IMG/VR virus record: IMGVR_UViG_3300020122_000503
Coordinates: 9,507 to 73,506 of that record
DNA from: a virus
Direction: 5' to 3' (one strand)
DNA: 64,000 nucleotides
In this document: positions 38,955 through 48,600 of the stretch, piece after piece
Numbering within the stretch: the first letter of the stretch is position 1
Layout: every line of letters starts with the position of its first letter
Program-made: the position numbers and the translations under genes
The notes under the pieces: generated by a model
What the model was told of the DNA's origin: nothing
Database searches by the model: none
The model's input: the letters and a program-made list of their open reading frames with translations, nothing else

Positions 38955-39860
38955 TCACGTCACACCTCGATGACCTAAGATGTCGTGCTCGCCGGGGACG
39001 AGCTTCCGGAGCTGGATCCACCCATTAAAGTTGCCACAATAGTGGCCAGTACCGACACGAACCCAACCCTCAGCCCATTCGTAACGATCCACCCGAAACC
39101 GATCCAACTCCGACGGCGTCATAGGTCGCGCGGGATGTTCGAGCGGGCTCAAGTGACCAGGCCCAATGAGCCTGTCGTAGAGCGCCAAGTCTTCCTTCGG
39201 ATCTCGTTTGCCGTCTTGTGTGAGGTACGAGACGCGAGCGCAGCGCGCGGCGGAGATATTCGCTGGGAAGCCTTCACCGAGCACCTCAAGATTGAACCCC
39301 TCGTCGGCCTCGACGTAGGGCGTGTGCCAATCGCCGTAGTTCACAGGATGCGGCTCGCTTTCTCGTTTGAGCCGCATCATCCACTCCGCGGCCTTTTGAA
39401 ACTCGCCCTGTGCCGCCGGGTTCACGCGAAGGTGTTCGAAGTTGTCCCAATCGGTCGCCGTAATCACGGCCGTGTGCCACGAGAACGGCTCGAGGAGACG
39501 GTTCGCGAGCTGCTTGTGGACGCCAAGCTTGGACATTCCACGGCCGTTCTCGATCGCACTGTTCATGACGTTGAACCACATCGTGCGTGCATCGGCCGCG
39601 TCTGCGCCATCGAGCACCTCATCGTGCTGCATCCCCTTTTTGTTCTTGCCAAACTGCTCTGGCACGAACGGATCGGCCTCGACGGCGGCGATGCGCTTCT
39701 CGACCGGGATCGCACGCGAGCTCGCGCTGTTGCGTGAAAGCATCCGGTGCGTATTCACTTCGGCGAGCACAATGCGCGGGAAAGTCACCTCAAAGCTCGT
39801 GAGCCGGTGGCCGGCGGGTGAGATCGAATCTGCGAGAATCTTTGCGTTGTAAGCCATCAT
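38955..39860 (-). CDS. thyX: flavin-dependent thymidylate synthase
   Basis: EVNTHRMLSRNSASSRAIP ThyX motif, ARVSY and HLSPLEH. Confidence 0.9.
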   Translation of the reverse strand: MMAYNAKILADSISPAGHRLTSFEVTFPRIVLAEVNTHRMLSRNSASSRAIPVEKRIAAVEADPFVPEQFGKNKKGMQHDEVLDGADAADARTMWFNVMNSAIENGRGMSKLGVHKQLANRLLEPFSWHTAVITATDWDNFEHLRVNPAAQGEFQKAAEWMMRLKRESEPHPVNYGDWHTPYVEADEGFNLEVLGEGFPANISAARCARVSYLTQDGKRDPKEDLALYDRLIGPGHLSPLEHPARPMTPSELDRFRVDRYEWAEGWVRVGTGHYCGNFNGWIQLRKLVPGEHDILGHRGVT

Positions 39861-40315
39861 TTTCTCCTATCGCTCGGCGTCCAGCCGAGGTTCGCTGCAA
39901 CGGTAATGCGCTCGTGTTCGACTTGAGGCACCCAATGTAGACGTCGACCGTCAAACACGACGAGCTGTCCTGCCTGATCCGGCACGACGACATCAGGCTC
40001 TAGGTGCAACGCCCCGCTACCGACGATGCACCACACCGCCACGGTCGCGTGCCCGGTGTGATTGTGCGGTGCGTACTTGGCCCCGGGCGGCAGCACGGTC
40101 GCCCAACAGACGTCTTTTTTGGTGGCGACAATCTTCTCGTGCTCTAACCGACCGAGCATAGCTTCGCCGAGCCAACCTTGACCGACTCGAAACCGCGACG
40201 TGTGTCGACCGTTGATCGAATGCATGCTGGATTGCGGCCACGCCTCGCGACGGATCCGATCGGCAAGATCGTCGAGGGCGCACTCGTTCGGCGCAAAAAT
40301 GATCAAACCCTTCAC
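39857..40315 (-). CDS. putative 2OG-Fe(II) oxygenase/cupin
   Basis: WATVLPPGAKYAPHNH...GQLVVFDG..LHWV...RITVAAN. Confidence 0.65.
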   Translation of the reverse strand: MKGLIIFAPNECALDDLADRIRREAWPQSSMHSINGRHTSRFRVGQGWLGEAMLGRLEHEKIVATKKDVCWATVLPPGAKYAPHNHTGHATVAVWCIVGSGALHLEPDVVVPDQAGQLVVFDGRRLHWVPQVEHERITVAANLGWTPSDRRK

Positions 40316-40569
40316 GGATTTTCGATTCCTTGATCCATCCCCCACACATCGGTGCCCACGAAAGTCACCGACTGCGAGCCAGGAGGCTTTGGAAAATGAA
40401 AAGGCTTCGGAAAGTAAAAATAACCCGGACGCAACGAACGCACCGGAAGGATCAAGTTTCCCGCCTCTGATACGACGGGGCTCTTCGAACACGAAAACGG
40501 CGCTTCGATCATCACCTCCGCGTCCGGCGGAAGTTGTTGAAGGAGCTCGATGGCTCTGCGAACGTTCAT
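40312..40569 (-). CDS. hypothetical phage protein
   Basis: MNVRRAIELLQQLPPDAEV motif common in small phage proteins. Confidence 0.5.
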   Translation of the reverse strand: MNVRRAIELLQQLPPDAEVMIEAPFSCSKSPVVSEAGNLILPVRSLRPGYFYFPKPFHFPKPPGSQSVTFVGTDVWGMDQGIENP

Positions 40570-41312
40570 TTGTCGATCCAATCCGCAACCAGATCGTCGA
40601 CGGCTTTACCGAGCCAATCGAGCCCCTTGTTGTTGAGTATTATTCCGTCGAAAAGCTCGTCTTGCATCGACGTCTGCTCGGTCTCGCTCCGATGCTGCCC
40701 GGCGCCTCCTTTCAAACCCGCGTTTTGACGAACGATGCGGATGAGTTTGCCACCGTGAGCGCGAATGGCCTCGAGCTCGTTCTTGAAGCGGACGTCGGGG
40801 ATGACGACGCTCGTCTGCCAGTTCTCATCGCCCGGACGCCAAACGTGTTCGAGCCCGTGGATCTGGGTGTAGTTGTAACCGCCCTCCACGTTGAGCTTCT
40901 TCGCCACGTTGAGCGCGTAGTCGACCCAAGTGTTCGGATAGCAGACGCGGCCCCATTCGCTCCCTAGCTGTTGAAGCGCGAACCTGGGCGTGAGAAAGCA
41001 CGGGCGTTTTCGGGATTCTTCTTGGAAAGAGGGCAACGACCGCCAAGCTTCCCCTCCGAAGTCGACACCGCAGCACGCGCATCGATCTGATCTAAACGGG
41101 CCGTGCTCGCGCGGATACCGCTCGTCGGGCGCGTTCCTCGCTTCGCTAGGACCCCACATCTGATCGAACGAGAAGCCGTAGACGTCTCGCGCGATCCGTT
41201 TCATGGGGTCCGCGAAACTCACTTTCGTGAAGTTGAAGTCGTAGTTTCGCACGAGTAAGTCCGCACACGTGTCCTTGCCGCTCCCCGCCAAACCAGAAAT
41301 GCCGATCAACAA
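40566..41312 (-). CDS. deoxynucleoside monophosphate kinase
   Basis: IGISGLAGSGKDT, SFADPMK, LQQLGSEWGR, DVRFKNE, HRSE. Confidence 0.9.
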   Translation of the reverse strand: MLIGISGLAGSGKDTCADLLVRNYDFNFTKVSFADPMKRIARDVYGFSFDQMWGPSEARNAPDERYPREHGPFRSDRCACCGVDFGGEAWRSLPSFQEESRKRPCFLTPRFALQQLGSEWGRVCYPNTWVDYALNVAKKLNVEGGYNYTQIHGLEHVWRPGDENWQTSVVIPDVRFKNELEAIRAHGGKLIRIVRQNAGLKGGAGQHRSETEQTSMQDELFDGIILNNKGLDWLGKAVDDLVADWIDK

Positions 41313-41644
41313 GATGAACCTCCTTCCGGCGGCGTAGCCGGCACGTAATCGTGCCCCTCGCCGAGATCGGTCGAGTGTCTGCCCTCGCGTGCGGACTTGC
41401 CGCAGACGGCGCAGGGCGGCCAGGAGTCGGTGGGATCTACGCCCGGCGTCCCGCCTTGCTCTTCACGCCACGCGATGTACGCGGCGTTCTCCTCGAGCAC
41501 GGCCTGAGCGACTCCTTCAATGACGAGCTTCTGCCCTCTGTCCGGTTGCACGAGCAGCGAGCCGTCAGTGCGAAGGACAGCGATCCCGTTCGGAGCACCG
41601 CCGGTGTAGGTCGTCGTGAAAGCGCGTTCGCTCTTGAGCATCAC
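41306..41644 (-). CDS. hypothetical protein
   Basis: 112-aa ORF with a CxxC...H motif. Confidence 0.5.
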   Translation of the reverse strand: MMLKSERAFTTTYTGGAPNGIAVLRTDGSLLVQPDRGQKLVIEGVAQAVLEENAAYIAWREEQGGTPGVDPTDSWPPCAVCGKSAREGRHSTDLGEGHDYVPATPPEGGSSC

Positions 41645-41901
41645 CGCACCTTCGGAGCAAGTCCGGCGAGCGCTTTCACTACGGCCGCGTCACGCCGAAA
41701 CAGATACTGATCACCGTAGGAGTAGTCCAAGGAATGTTCTGCTGATCGAAAGATGGCTCGGGACGCCATCTCGAGTGCCGCGATCGCAACGAGCGGTGCT
41801 CTGTCCGTCTTTTGCTCTAGTAGTTGGATGAGCTGTGGAACGAGCTGCGCTGCTTCGGTCAGAACTCGCTCGACCTCTACTTCGACTTCGTCGCTGCTCA
41901 T
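41641..41901 (-). CDS. hypothetical protein
   Basis: Start MSSDEVEVE at an ATGA overlap. Confidence 0.5.
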   Translation of the reverse strand: MSSDEVEVEVERVLTEAAQLVPQLIQLLEQKTDRAPLVAIAALEMASRAIFRSAEHSLDYSYGDQYLFRRDAAVVKALAGLAPKVR

Positions 41902-42278
41902 CGCGGCTTCCCCGACGTCGCCTCGCGCTTCTCGGCTTGCCGCCGACGAACGCGCTCGATGACTTCCGGTTGGTGAATGCGCACGAGCTCCTTCGCGAAG
42001 GCGTGCTCCACATCGACGCCGACCGACGACGCGACGCCGTAGAGCGTCACCATGCAGCCAGCGATCTCTCGCTGCACTTCGCCGACGGGGCGGCTGAAAA
42101 CGTAGTCGACGAGGCGGTGCAGCTCGTCGGCGCCGACGCCGAGCACTTGCGCGAGCTCGACAGATTCCTCGACGAGGCGGAGCGATCGCTCCGGACCGTT
42201 CGCCGCGGACTCTTCGCCGAGCGCTTGTCGAATCCACTCGGCGACGAGCTTTTGGTGGTTCAGGTGGTTCAGATTCAT
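41898..42278 (-). CDS. MazG-like NTP pyrophosphohydrolase
   Basis: RLVEESVELAQ...QREIAG helical acidic motif. Confidence 0.65.
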   Translation of the reverse strand: MNLNHLNHQKLVAEWIRQALGEESAANGPERSLRLVEESVELAQVLGVGADELHRLVDYVFSRPVGEVQREIAGCMVTLYGVASSVGVDVEHAFAKELVRIHQPEVIERVRRRQAEKREATSGKPR

Positions 42279-42658
42279 CGAGGCCTCCCGCTGTTCGCGA
42301 ACTTCTCCTGCGCATCGATCGCAAGGTCGAGACACTCGAGCACGTCGAGGCCGAGGTCGTCGATCCAGCGAAGGGTCGAGAAGATAATGTTGCCGAGCTC
42401 TTTCTTGAGCTCGTTGTTGACCGTTATCGCAACAGCCCCGTGGCTGAGGTTCAAAGGAATAGGTCCGTGGTCGCGTGCAAGCCGCGCAATATCCCCGACA
42501 CCAACCACGAGCCGCACGACTATCTGTGGAAGCGTGAGTCCGTCGCTGACGGGGCCCCAGATCTGCCGCGCTTGCACTTTGAGCGCCAAGAGCCCCGTGC
42601 GCACGTCCGCGCGGATCTGCGGGTGCTTTCGAATATCGATTTCCATTCTGTCGTTCAT
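42275..42658 (-). CDS. MazG-like protein
   Basis: VGDIAR...ELKKELGNIIFS. Confidence 0.5.
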   Translation of the reverse strand: MNDRMEIDIRKHPQIRADVRTGLLALKVQARQIWGPVSDGLTLPQIVVRLVVGVGDIARLARDHGPIPLNLSHGAVAITVNNELKKELGNIIFSTLRWIDDLGLDVLECLDLAIDAQEKFANSGRPR

Positions 42659-42966
42659 AGATCGTTGTCCTTTGCGTATTTTTCCCACCCCGGAGGCACC
42701 GGCGTCGGAAGCCCAGGCTTCGGTAAAAGCCGCCAAGTAGGGCGGCCAAGCGGATTGGAACTCAACTCCCAAAAAGTTCCGTCATCGCACGCACAAAAAA
42801 GCCGCTCACCCGCCGGGATCAGTTGAAGGATGTTCCGCGGCTGTTGGGCTTCTTCAATTGTCATGCCGGTGGCGCTCGGGATCTTGGCGCGCGCCTTCCG
42901 AATGACCGCGACTGGGATCGTGTACTCTTCGGCGCACTCGTCACCGCGGAAACGACGGATCGTCAC
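42655..42966 (-). CDS. hypothetical protein
   Basis: LFCACDDGTFW motif; start uncertain. Confidence 0.45.
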   Translation of the reverse strand: MTIRRFRGDECAEEYTIPVAVIRKARAKIPSATGMTIEEAQQPRNILQLIPAGERLFCACDDGTFWELSSNPLGRPTWRLLPKPGLPTPVPPGWEKYAKDNDL

Positions 42967-42989
42967 GTCGCCGCAGACTCGACGCACAA

Positions 42990-43265
42990 ATGAAAAAAGT
43001 CGTTCTTGCCGTACAGCGTCGAAAACGATGCGCGATTTGCAAACGAACGGCACAAGAGGCAGGTACAAAGCAGAGTTTGCACATCGACCACGACCATCGC
43101 CGTCAGACGTTCCGAGATTTGATTTGCGGTCCGTGCAATACCGGTCTCGGCCAATTCGGCGACAACCCGAAGCGGCTGATCCGCGCCGCTGAGTATTTGC
43201 TCAAACACCGAGGCGCTCCCAACAAGAAGAACCCATCCCCCGTGAAATCGACAAGGGGTCCGTAA
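42990..43265 (+). CDS. endonuclease VII-like (His-Me finger) protein
   Basis: CAIC...HIDHDH...RDLICGPCNTGLG...AAEYL. Confidence 0.85.
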   Translation: MKKVVLAVQRRKRCAICKRTAQEAGTKQSLHIDHDHRRQTFRDLICGPCNTGLGQFGDNPKRLIRAAEYLLKHRGAPNKKNPSPVKSTRGP

Positions 43266-43607
43266 GTCTTCTTCCGCACGCCCCACGGCGCTCGGAGCGT
43301 CTTCGGAGATGCGACTCTTCTTACCGTGCACGAACCTCTGACCTTCGAAGATGCAGCCAAGGTACGTGTAGTCGCCGTCGTTGTTTGAACCGGTGAGCAC
43401 CGACACGAAGTGCGGAGGCGCTCGGTCGTCGCCCTGGCGAGCTTCGGCAAGCGGCACGCGGTAGGTGAATCGAGTGCCCGTGCGGCGCGATTGGAAGGTC
43501 ACGTGGGCGTTGCCGGCGAGCAAAAATTTGACCGTCGCGGCAGGGTCGACAAGCTCGGCTCGGGGGCCCGAACCCTCGTCTGTATTTTCTTGAAAAGTTG
43601 TCGTCAT
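43201..43607 (-). pseudogene. phage protein with C-terminal Zn-finger (DUF6011-like), internally deleted/frameshifted
   Basis: N-part AGNAHVTFQS...TGTRFTYRV...YTYLG; the C-terminal CGRRLTDPLSISRGMGSSCW lies in another frame (43290-43201). Confidence 0.55.
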
Positions 43608-43619
43608 GTTTGCGTTGGA

Positions 43620-43861
43620 CGGAGGGATTTATTTTATTAATTGGTTAAATCGAGACTGGAACTATTAGGCCGCTACTGGAAATAAGTGACGATGGTGACG
43701 CAAATGACGATGAAACGGTCGTAGGCGCCAAAAAATAGTGGTGACGATGGTGACGATAACCCCCCTCAATTCTACACGTAGGAGATTTTATTTTGGTGAG
43801 GGGGGTCCGAAAAATTTGGGGCCGACGGCCTTTTCATCGTCATTTGCGTCACCATCGTCAC
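43620..43861. other. putative replication origin: AT-rich tract plus perfect 30-bp inverted repeat built of GTGACGATG iterons
   Basis: 43686-43715 is the exact reverse complement of 43832-43861; partial third copy at 43741-43755; located just downstream of the primase gene. Confidence 0.65.
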
Positions 43862-43871
43862 CTGACCCCTC

Positions 43872-46262
43872 TCACCACGAGATGCGGCCGACGAACCACG
43901 GGGTGCCGCCCCCTTGCTTGGGTTTGTGGTCGAACCGTCGCCCCCCGACGTTCTTCTTTCGGTACTTCCGGAGCTGCATGCTGACGAGCTTCGTCGTGAG
44001 CTTGTCGGGCGTGCATTCGCAGAGCTCAGCGAGCGCTTCTTTGAGTGCGGCGTGGGCGAACGCCCCGACGTGCATCTCTGAGAGCACGTCGGAAACGAGC
44101 ATGGGTTTGCCGAGTTTCTCCCATTCGATGAGCACGCGCTCTAGAACCCCCAGCTCCGAGTCGCCGCTCTCGACGAGCTCTTTGCGGCCCTCGATCGGAT
44201 CCGGCATGCCCGCCCACACGAGCGCGCCCCTCACGATTCGGCTCCATTGCTCGAAGGAGCCCCACGACGTCAGATTTTGGTTGGGACAACCTGCGGCGAA
44301 GTATCCGCGAAGCACGGTGAGGACGGCGCTCGCGAGCTTCGGTCGTTCGCGGTGTACGTGTGGAAGGATCGGATCGTATTTGAAACCGGTTCGATGCTCG
44401 GGGTGCTCGAGTGTGGTCTCTAGTTGAACGTGAAGCGCGCGACCGACGAGCTCGTTCGACAAGATGAGGTTTTGCGCTGTCACGAGCCAGAGTGCTCGCA
44501 TCGGCATCGCCACCATTTCGCTGACTCCGAGTCGGCGTTCTAGAACGGCCATGCTCGTGATTACGCCTGCTAGCGCTGAAGAATCGAGAGCTCCTTCGAC
44601 GTTGTCGAGAAGGACGATAGGGTCGCCGCTGATTGCGAGCGACAAGATCCGTTTTCGCATCTCTTCTTCGTTCGTTTTCGCCGTTCTAGGAAGAGATCTA
44701 CCGGAATAAATTTCTCCGATGATGTCTGCGAGATAGGTTGCTCCGACTCGGCGCGCGTTCTTGTCGAGAACACCGAACGGCACGCAGCCGTCGATTGTCG
44801 GGCGAGCGAACGGTGTAAAGAGCAAAGCCATCCACGCGGAGAAGTGTTCCGAGCTCACAAATGGAAAATCTTGAACGACGTCGTACAAAGTCGCGATGGC
44901 CGTCGTCGCGTCGTCCAAAGTAGGATTGGACGGGATTGGTGGAAAGTTGACGTTCGGTTCGTAGAAAAGTCCCGTCGTGCGATCGTAGCCGGGTGTGTCG
45001 AGCACTGTTCCGTCTGGACGAAGCACCGGGCACTCGGTGATGCCTTCCAAAAACTTGACCCCGGGCCATTCTCCGCGGCAATGAAGCTCCGAGAGAGGAT
45101 CGTCCGGAACCCCGCACGAGACTAAAGAGGAATCACCGGTGCTCGTCGTTTTCCAACGCTGAAACGCGCAAGCGTGCGAGATGAGCCCTCTGGTTCTCGC
45201 TTTCGACATCTCGGAGATGATTGGAGCGTTTGCTTCTCGGCGGATCTCGTCCTCTTCTTTGCTCTTATTGGGGTCGCGAAGGATCTGCACGAGCTTCCAG
45301 CCTCTGTTGAACACGTTCGGCAAAGCCGCAAGCGCCGGGAGCATCTGATCTGCGACTTCGAGCTCGTCGAAGCCGACGATGACGGCTACGCGGTCGCCCG
45401 TCGGTTCTTTTCTGGCCGGGAGCCATTTGCGAGCGCGTGTGATGAGCTTCTTCCCGCCGACGCCGCCCCCGAGCGGCCGATCGGCGATGAGTTCGATGAC
45501 GCGGTTCCAGCCGGTGACAGGTTCGCCCGAGTCGAGCTTTTCTTTCGTTCCACGAACGGTCGCGGCGCGTTTCTGGGCGGCGTCCGAGCCACCAACCCAT
45601 GCCACGAGAAGAACGAATAGCTCGGTGTGTTCGACGGGCCATCCGTCTCGAAGAAGTCCGCCCCCGAGCGCGAGGCAGAAGTCGTGACGTCCTTTTTTGG
45701 GGAAGTACCGAGCAAGAAGACACGCCGCTGCGAGTACGCCAACGGCGGCTTCTAAGACGGTTCGTTCGATGCGCGGGATCTGCTCGGGGTTGGCGCCGTC
45801 TTCGAAGTCGATGAATTCGCCGCTGACGTGGTGGCTTCCAGGGAACACGGTCTGAACGCCGCCCGTCCGGAGCTCGACGATCGTTTTGCCGGCGCCGTCG
45901 ATGTTCGGATCTTCGTACTTGATGTGCTTCGGGACGTCAGAGAAATAGAGCCAGTGCGACGCGCGCTTCGATGCGCGTCCGAACCGCCCCGGTGTTGGCG
46001 GTAAAAGATGCGGTGCGAGGTAGAGCGCTTCGGGACAATCGATGTCGACGTCGCAAAGGCCTTTCGATGGTTCGCCGAGAATGATCCCGATGTTTTGAGG
46101 GACGCCGTTGAAGTAGTGCGGCGCGGTCTCGTGCGTGATCCGTAGGTTCTTCCAGTCCGGGATCGTCGGTCCTTTTTCTCGATACGGAACGGGGATTGGG
46201 CACAGCCCTAGGTTGATGTAGTCGATCGCGAGATCGAAAACCGAGGGCGGTGATGACGACAC
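43872..46262 (-). CDS. bifunctional primase-polymerase fused to a helicase-like domain
   Basis: PIPVPYREKGP, NIGIILG, DVDID, HWLY, ELR...TVFPGSHH (Prim-Pol); C-terminal VLLDNV, SFEQWS. Confidence 0.88.
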   Translation of the reverse strand: MSSSPPSVFDLAIDYINLGLCPIPVPYREKGPTIPDWKNLRITHETAPHYFNGVPQNIGIILGEPSKGLCDVDIDCPEALYLAPHLLPPTPGRFGRASKRASHWLYFSDVPKHIKYEDPNIDGAGKTIVELRTGGVQTVFPGSHHVSGEFIDFEDGANPEQIPRIERTVLEAAVGVLAAACLLARYFPKKGRHDFCLALGGGLLRDGWPVEHTELFVLLVAWVGGSDAAQKRAATVRGTKEKLDSGEPVTGWNRVIELIADRPLGGGVGGKKLITRARKWLPARKEPTGDRVAVIVGFDELEVADQMLPALAALPNVFNRGWKLVQILRDPNKSKEEDEIRREANAPIISEMSKARTRGLISHACAFQRWKTTSTGDSSLVSCGVPDDPLSELHCRGEWPGVKFLEGITECPVLRPDGTVLDTPGYDRTTGLFYEPNVNFPPIPSNPTLDDATTAIATLYDVVQDFPFVSSEHFSAWMALLFTPFARPTIDGCVPFGVLDKNARRVGATYLADIIGEIYSGRSLPRTAKTNEEEMRKRILSLAISGDPIVLLDNVEGALDSSALAGVITSMAVLERRLGVSEMVAMPMRALWLVTAQNLILSNELVGRALHVQLETTLEHPEHRTGFKYDPILPHVHRERPKLASAVLTVLRGYFAAGCPNQNLTSWGSFEQWSRIVRGALVWAGMPDPIEGRKELVESGDSELGVLERVLIEWEKLGKPMLVSDVLSEMHVGAFAHAALKEALAELCECTPDKLTTKLVSMQLRKYRKKNVGGRRFDHKPKQGGGTPWFVGRISW

Positions 46263-46367
46263 GCGGGGAGGGCCTCCAAGAACGTGATCGGTCGAGGATT
46301 CGCGAAGGCGCGAAAATCTCGGAACACGGACCCTAGACCTTTCGTTCCGTCCTCGTCAAGAGGGGGT

Positions 46368-46396
46368 TTGCAACGTCCGTAAACATTTGTTATGGT
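46368..46396 (+). promoter_or_regulatory. sigma70-like promoter
   Basis: TTGCAA-N17-TATGGT in the divergent gap upstream of 46406. Confidence 0.45.
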
Positions 46397-46405
46397 CTGC
46401 CTTCG

Positions 46406-46588
46406 ATGGCCCGAGAAAAAGAAACCGACGTCATGGTTGCCACGCGAGTGAGCAAGTCGCTCTACGTCAAGATCTTGAAACGCCAACGGGAGTTGAAGAA
46501 GCTCACCGGCATCGAACCCAGCGTTAGTGCCGTCTTACGCGCGATGATTGCAGAAGCGGCGTCTGGTCGTCGTCATCAGGCGGCGTGA
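46406..46588 (+). CDS. ribbon-helix-helix-like small regulator
   Basis: VATRVSKSLY...SVSAVLRAMI. Confidence 0.55.
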   Translation: MAREKETDVMVATRVSKSLYVKILKRQRELKKLTGIEPSVSAVLRAMIAEAASGRRHQAA

Positions 46589-47040
46589 ACGTGAAGCGAA
46601 AAAGTATTTACTTTATTCAACGAGGCGTCGACGGACCAATCAAAATAGGAGTCGCTGCCGATCCTTATGAACGTCTTTCGTCACTTCAGACAGCTTCTCC
46701 GGAGAAGTTGATTTTGCTTGGGTGTGTTCGTGGTTCCGAGACCGGTATGCATCAAAAATTTCGAAAGCACCGCATTTCTGGAGAGTGGTTCAAGCCGCAC
46801 AAAGACGTTCTTCGATTTGTCCGTTTGCGTACTTTTGTGCCATCGCGCCGACGTGCTGGCACAATAATCAAGGTTCTGGTTCCGGATCATCTTCAGGATC
46901 CTATTGAACAAGAACGCAAACGTATGAGTTTTGCGAGAGAAAAAGAAACTAAGGCGAGTGCGGTCGTCCGAGCGTGTCTCGAGGAGTGCCTGCTCGGTAA
47001 ACCCCGGCCTGTTCTCTCTGTCTCTAGAGAAAAAACTTGA
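46585..47040 (+). CDS. GIY-YIG (T5orf172-like) domain protein with RHH-like C-terminus
   Basis: IYFIQ...IKIG...RLSSLQT...GEWF. Confidence 0.8.
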   Translation: MNVKRKSIYFIQRGVDGPIKIGVAADPYERLSSLQTASPEKLILLGCVRGSETGMHQKFRKHRISGEWFKPHKDVLRFVRLRTFVPSRRRAGTIIKVLVPDHLQDPIEQERKRMSFAREKETKASAVVRACLEECLLGKPRPVLSVSREKT

Positions 47041-47073
47041 CGGTTTGATTGGTGTGAGCGAGATTGCTGCGAG

Positions 47074-48534
47074 ATGGGTGCGCTCTTCGTTTCGGCGTCC
47101 GAGATTGAGCTGTACGACCTGTGCCCCAGGAAATGGGCGTTTGCATATTTAGAAGGGCTGCGCCCGCCTCCGAACGAGTCCGCTGCTCTCGGCACGCGCG
47201 TGCACAAGATTCTAGAGCAGTGGCTCAAGGACGGAACGGCTCCTGACCTACTAACGAACGAAGGCGAGATCGCTGCGAGCGGTCTTCATCTTCTGCCGCC
47301 GCCTCGGACGCCGACGCTTGTTACTGAGGAGCAGTTCAGCTTCACCTCTAGAAGGGCTTGGTATTCGGGATACAAAGATTTTCGATACCGCGACGCAAAC
47401 GGGCTCCTACACGTGGGGGATCACAAAACTACAAAATCTGCCACTTGGATGAAGACGACGGACGAGATTCTGGCTCACCCCCAAGCTTTGATCTACAGCG
47501 TCGATGAGTTCTTTCGAAACCCGCAGGACGATCGTCTGTCGCTCGATTGGATCTACTATAAGACGACCGGCTCACGAAAAGCCGAACCTCGTTTTCAGAT
47601 CGTGACCAAGCAAACGGTCGCTGAGATGTTTTTCGAGCACGTCGATCCAGTCGCCGGGCAGATCACGGCGCTCCACGACACGCCGCCTGGCACGTCCGCG
47701 CTCGAGTTCCCTCCCGACTTCCGAGCCTGTGAGGCTTTCGGAGGTTGCGCGTTCCTTTCGATTTGTAACCCAACCCCAACCCAGAGAATTCAAGCAACCA
47801 TGACCCAAGCCGGACTTTCCCTCACTGACAAACTTAAGGCGATGAAGAACAACCGAGCTCCGAGCCCGATCCATCCCCCGGAGGCGTTTCAGGCGCCGGC
47901 CCCGGCGGTGGCAGCTCAGATGCCTCAGATGCCCGCAATGGCGCCTCAGGCTTCGCCGATGCAATTCACCCTTCCGACGCCTCAGGGCGCGCCCGTGGCG
48001 CCGCAGGCGGTCGTGCCGGTGCAGCAACAGTTCTATCCTCCTGTCGAGGCTCAGGCGGCGCCACAGGTGCCCTTTCAGCCTGTGGCAGGGCCAGGGATGG
48101 CTCCTCAGGTGCCTTTCCAACCTGTGCCCCAACCCCCGCCCGCACCGGCAGCCACGCCCGAGCCCCCGGCCGCTCCCAAGAAGGCGCGAGGACGCCCTAA
48201 GGGTTCGACGGCCGAGGCCGCCTTGAGCAACGGCGGTTTCATACTCTACGTCGGCTGCGCACCGATCGGTTGCAACGTGACGAACGCTCTCGAGTACGTG
48301 AACGCTGCGCACGATCAGTTGAGAGCAGCGCGTGGTGTTACTCACTACCGGGAAATGGAATTCGGCAAAGGACCGGGCGAGCTCTGTGCGGCGCTCGAGG
48401 CGCTCCTCGCGCTCTGTGAAGGAACGCCGAACGCGCCCACGGGTGACGTCGTGCTCGGCGGCGCGCAGATCGAGGAAGACACGGCGTCGGTTTGGTTCTC
48501 GAAGGCGGCAAAAATCGTGAGAGCGTTTCGATGA
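47074..48534 (+). CDS. Cas4/AddB-like PD-(D/E)XK nuclease with Pro-rich linker
   Basis: SAS...CPRKW, GTRVH, DHKT, QALIY and C-x5-C-x5-C: four Cys of an Fe-S-type cluster. Confidence 0.85.
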   Translation: MGALFVSASEIELYDLCPRKWAFAYLEGLRPPPNESAALGTRVHKILEQWLKDGTAPDLLTNEGEIAASGLHLLPPPRTPTLVTEEQFSFTSRRAWYSGYKDFRYRDANGLLHVGDHKTTKSATWMKTTDEILAHPQALIYSVDEFFRNPQDDRLSLDWIYYKTTGSRKAEPRFQIVTKQTVAEMFFEHVDPVAGQITALHDTPPGTSALEFPPDFRACEAFGGCAFLSICNPTPTQRIQATMTQAGLSLTDKLKAMKNNRAPSPIHPPEAFQAPAPAVAAQMPQMPAMAPQASPMQFTLPTPQGAPVAPQAVVPVQQQFYPPVEAQAAPQVPFQPVAGPGMAPQVPFQPVPQPPPAPAATPEPPAAPKKARGRPKGSTAEAALSNGGFILYVGCAPIGCNVTNALEYVNAAHDQLRAARGVTHYREMEFGKGPGELCAALEALLALCEGTPNAPTGDVVLGGAQIEEDTASVWFSKAAKIVRAFR

Positions 48535-48600
48535 ATTGAAACATCGGACGTTCGTCGAACAGTCGGATGCACGAGCATCAATCAAAAAGGAAAAAGGTAA

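Noticed and set aside
47074-48534. Cas4 of a CRISPR adaptation module
   Set aside because: No cas1/cas2 or CRISPR repeats; stand-alone Cas4-like nucleases are common in phage replication regions.
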